In this document: piece by piece, positions 30,516-32,000 of the stretch
Layout of the letters: each line of letters begins with the position of its first letter
Position numbering within the stretch: position 1 is the first letter of the stretch
Assembly (NCBI RefSeq): GCF_001457615.1
Contig: NZ_LN831024.1
Coordinates: 3,330,001 to 3,362,000 of the forward strand
DNA: 32,000 nucleotides
From: Pseudomonas aeruginosa
GTDB lineage: Bacteria > Pseudomonadota > Gammaproteobacteria > Pseudomonadales > Pseudomonadaceae
Direction of reading: 5' to 3'
Program-made: the position numbers and the translations under genes
The notes under the pieces: model-generated
Database searches by the model: none
What the model saw: the letters and a program-made list of their open reading frames with translations, nothing else
What the model was told of the DNA's origin: nothing

Positions 30516-31016
30516 ATGAACAGCATAGGTCCCGCCAGCCTTTCCGGCTGGTCTGCGCGTTACCTGAACAACCAGCGGCAAGCCAACACCGAGATCGGCA
30601 ACGGCGATCTGCTGAAACCGCGCCCCGCCCTTGGCACGCCATTGCGCAACGAGGCCGTCGATCCCGCCGCGGAGTCCGCCCGCCAGGCCATGGACGAGGG
30701 TTTTGCGAAGCTGAACCTGACACTGAAGCAGAACCAGGCGAATGCCCCTGCCGGCGCCAGCGAAGGCAAGTCGGCCTATGACGAGTTCAAGGAGTACATG
30801 CAGAAATCGCCTGCCGAGCGGATGCGCGAGCAGGTCCTGAAGAGCCTCGGCCTGACCGAGGAGGAACTGGACGCGATGCCGCCGGAGAAACGCGAACAGG
30901 TGGAGAAAGGCATCGGCGAACGCATGCGCGAGATGATCGCCATGCAGAACGGCCAGGCGCCGGGACGGCAAGAGGACCCGACGCAGGCCCGCGCGACGCT
31001 GAACGCCTGGATCTGA
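30516..31016 (+). CDS. Conserved hypothetical protein (166 aa)
   Basis: MNSIGPASLSGWSARYLNNQRQANTEIGNGD...YDEFKEYMQKSPAERMREQVLKSLGLTEEELDAMPPEKREQVEKGIGERMREMIAMQ. Confidence 0.8.
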   Translation: MNSIGPASLSGWSARYLNNQRQANTEIGNGDLLKPRPALGTPLRNEAVDPAAESARQAMDEGFAKLNLTLKQNQANAPAGASEGKSAYDEFKEYMQKSPAERMREQVLKSLGLTEEELDAMPPEKREQVEKGIGERMREMIAMQNGQAPGRQEDPTQARATLNAWI

Positions 31017-31036
31017 GCCAGGCGCGCGCCAGTCTC

Positions 31037-31408
31037 TCAGCGCTGCCGGGCGACGACGCGCTTGGCGTAGCTGGCGCGCTCCATCTCGCGCACTTCGACG
31101 CTGACCTGCACGCCCTCCTCGCCGCCGCCCGCCACCGCTCCGGCGAGCACCTCGCAGAGCGACTCGCCCAGCGCCTGGCGGGTCGCCGCGTCGCGCCCGT
31201 CGAGGATCGACAGGCAGGCATGCAGGTAGGCGCGCTCGGCCGCCGCGGTTCCCTGCCGGTAGGCCTCCAGGGTGACGAAGCGCGACTTGATGTCCGCCTC
31301 GCCGAATTGCCCGGAAGCGAACAGCGCGGCATTGGCCTGCTCCAGCAGTTCGCCGGGGGACGTTTCGAGGCGGAGGTTGGCAGTGGCTTCGATGACGAGA
31401 TGCGGCAT
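31037..31408 (-). CDS. 5-carboxymethyl-2-hydroxymuconate delta-isomerase-like protein (123 aa)
   Basis: MPHLVIEATANLRLETSPGELLEQANAALFASGQFGEADIKSRFVTLEAYRQG; starts MPHLVIE as in CHMI/tautomerase-superfamily proteins. Confidence 0.75.
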   Translation of the reverse strand: MPHLVIEATANLRLETSPGELLEQANAALFASGQFGEADIKSRFVTLEAYRQGTAAAERAYLHACLSILDGRDAATRQALGESLCEVLAGAVAGGGEEGVQVSVEVREMERASYAKRVVARQR

Positions 31409-31490
31409 GCTGGCGGGCCTTGCGGGGAATGGGGAGCGGGATTCTAGCGGCTCGACGAGCGATGCGACAGCCGGCCTGCGCCTGCGTGGC

Positions 31491-31666
31491 TCAGATCAAC
31501 CCGGCGGCCGCGAAAACCCGCGCGTAGATGGCGCGGATCAGCGGCTCCTTGCACCGGTTGTAGTCCGCCACCCGTTGCTCGCCGCGCTTGGCGGCTGGCC
31601 GTCGACCCAGGGATTTTCCAGCGGGTCGCTGTCGTGATGACGGACAATATCGGCGGCACCGGGCAT
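31491..31666 (-). pseudogene. Candidate small gene (about 58 codons) with an apparent 1-nt frameshift
   Basis: MPGAADIVRHHDSDPLENPWVDGQ in one frame joins AKRGEQRVADYNRCKEPLIRAIYARVFAAAGLI* in another; GGAGGG upstream of the ATG at 31666. Confidence 0.4.
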
Positions 31667-31690
31667 GGGCATTCCCTCCGGCGGGATCGT

Positions 31691-31999
31691 TCAGCGCGTC
31701 TCGCAGGCCTGCCGCTGGCCTTTGGCCGGCGTGTACAGGTAGCCGGGCGTGTCGCCCGCCTGGCGGTACAGGACCGAACCGTCGCTATAGGAAATCGCGC
31801 TCAGCGCCTGGCCATCGGCGAGGCTGCGGACATCGCCGCCCAGCGACTGGACGCTGCTGCCGTCGGGCAGCTTTAGACTGGCGAAACCGTCGATCACCTC
31901 GAGTTTGCCGAAGTCTCCGCAGTGCAACGCCAGCGGCCCGGAAGCGGCCTTTCCGTCCGACGATGAATCCCCGCAACCGCCCAGCAGCGACAGAACCAA
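31691..31999 (-). CDS. Predicted small lipoprotein, start probably beyond the window; distantly MliC-like
   Basis: MVLSLLGGCGDSSSDG... (lipobox LGGC) with HCGDFGKLEVIDGFASLKLPDGSSVQSL...ISYSDGSVLYRQAGDTPGYLYTPAKGQRQACE. Confidence 0.55.
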   Translation of the reverse strand: MVLSLLGGCGDSSSDGKAASGPLALHCGDFGKLEVIDGFASLKLPDGSSVQSLGGDVRSLADGQALSAISYSDGSVLYRQAGDTPGYLYTPAKGQRQACETR

Positions 32000-32000
32000 C

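Overview
This 32 kb, high-GC window has the gene content and order of the Pseudomonas aeruginosa ethanol-oxidation/PQQ cluster (about PA1993 down to PA1964 in PAO1 numbering; family and locus assignments are from memory, not a search). From left to right: 3' part of an MFS transporter, ercS, ercA, pqqH, pqqE, pqqD, pqqC, pqqB, pqqA, exaC, exaB, exaA, a secreted pentapeptide-repeat protein, eraR, eraS, erbR (agmR), an EamA transporter, nahK (ercS'), nosP, an outer-membrane porin, pqqF, a phosphoethanolamine transferase, braZ, and several small envelope or hypothetical genes. I saw no mobile element, CRISPR array or rRNA/tRNA gene. Most of the window is known biology. The items most worth a second look are: (1) an unlisted 46-codon ORF with a good Shine-Dalgarno and a hydrophobic helix, 8 bp upstream of the likely eraS start; (2) three helically phased copies of a CTrCTACyTTGGTACTG-like motif between eraS and erbR; (3) an apparent 1-nt frameshift that truncates the EamA transporter; (4) perfect inverted repeats in the exaA leader and between pqqA and pqqB; (5) a Cys-containing secreted pentapeptide-repeat protein next to exaA; (6) the nosP-nahK nitric-oxide module inside the ethanol regulon; (7) a second probable frameshift in a small gene near the right edge. 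I did not find a convincing wholly new defence or mobile system.
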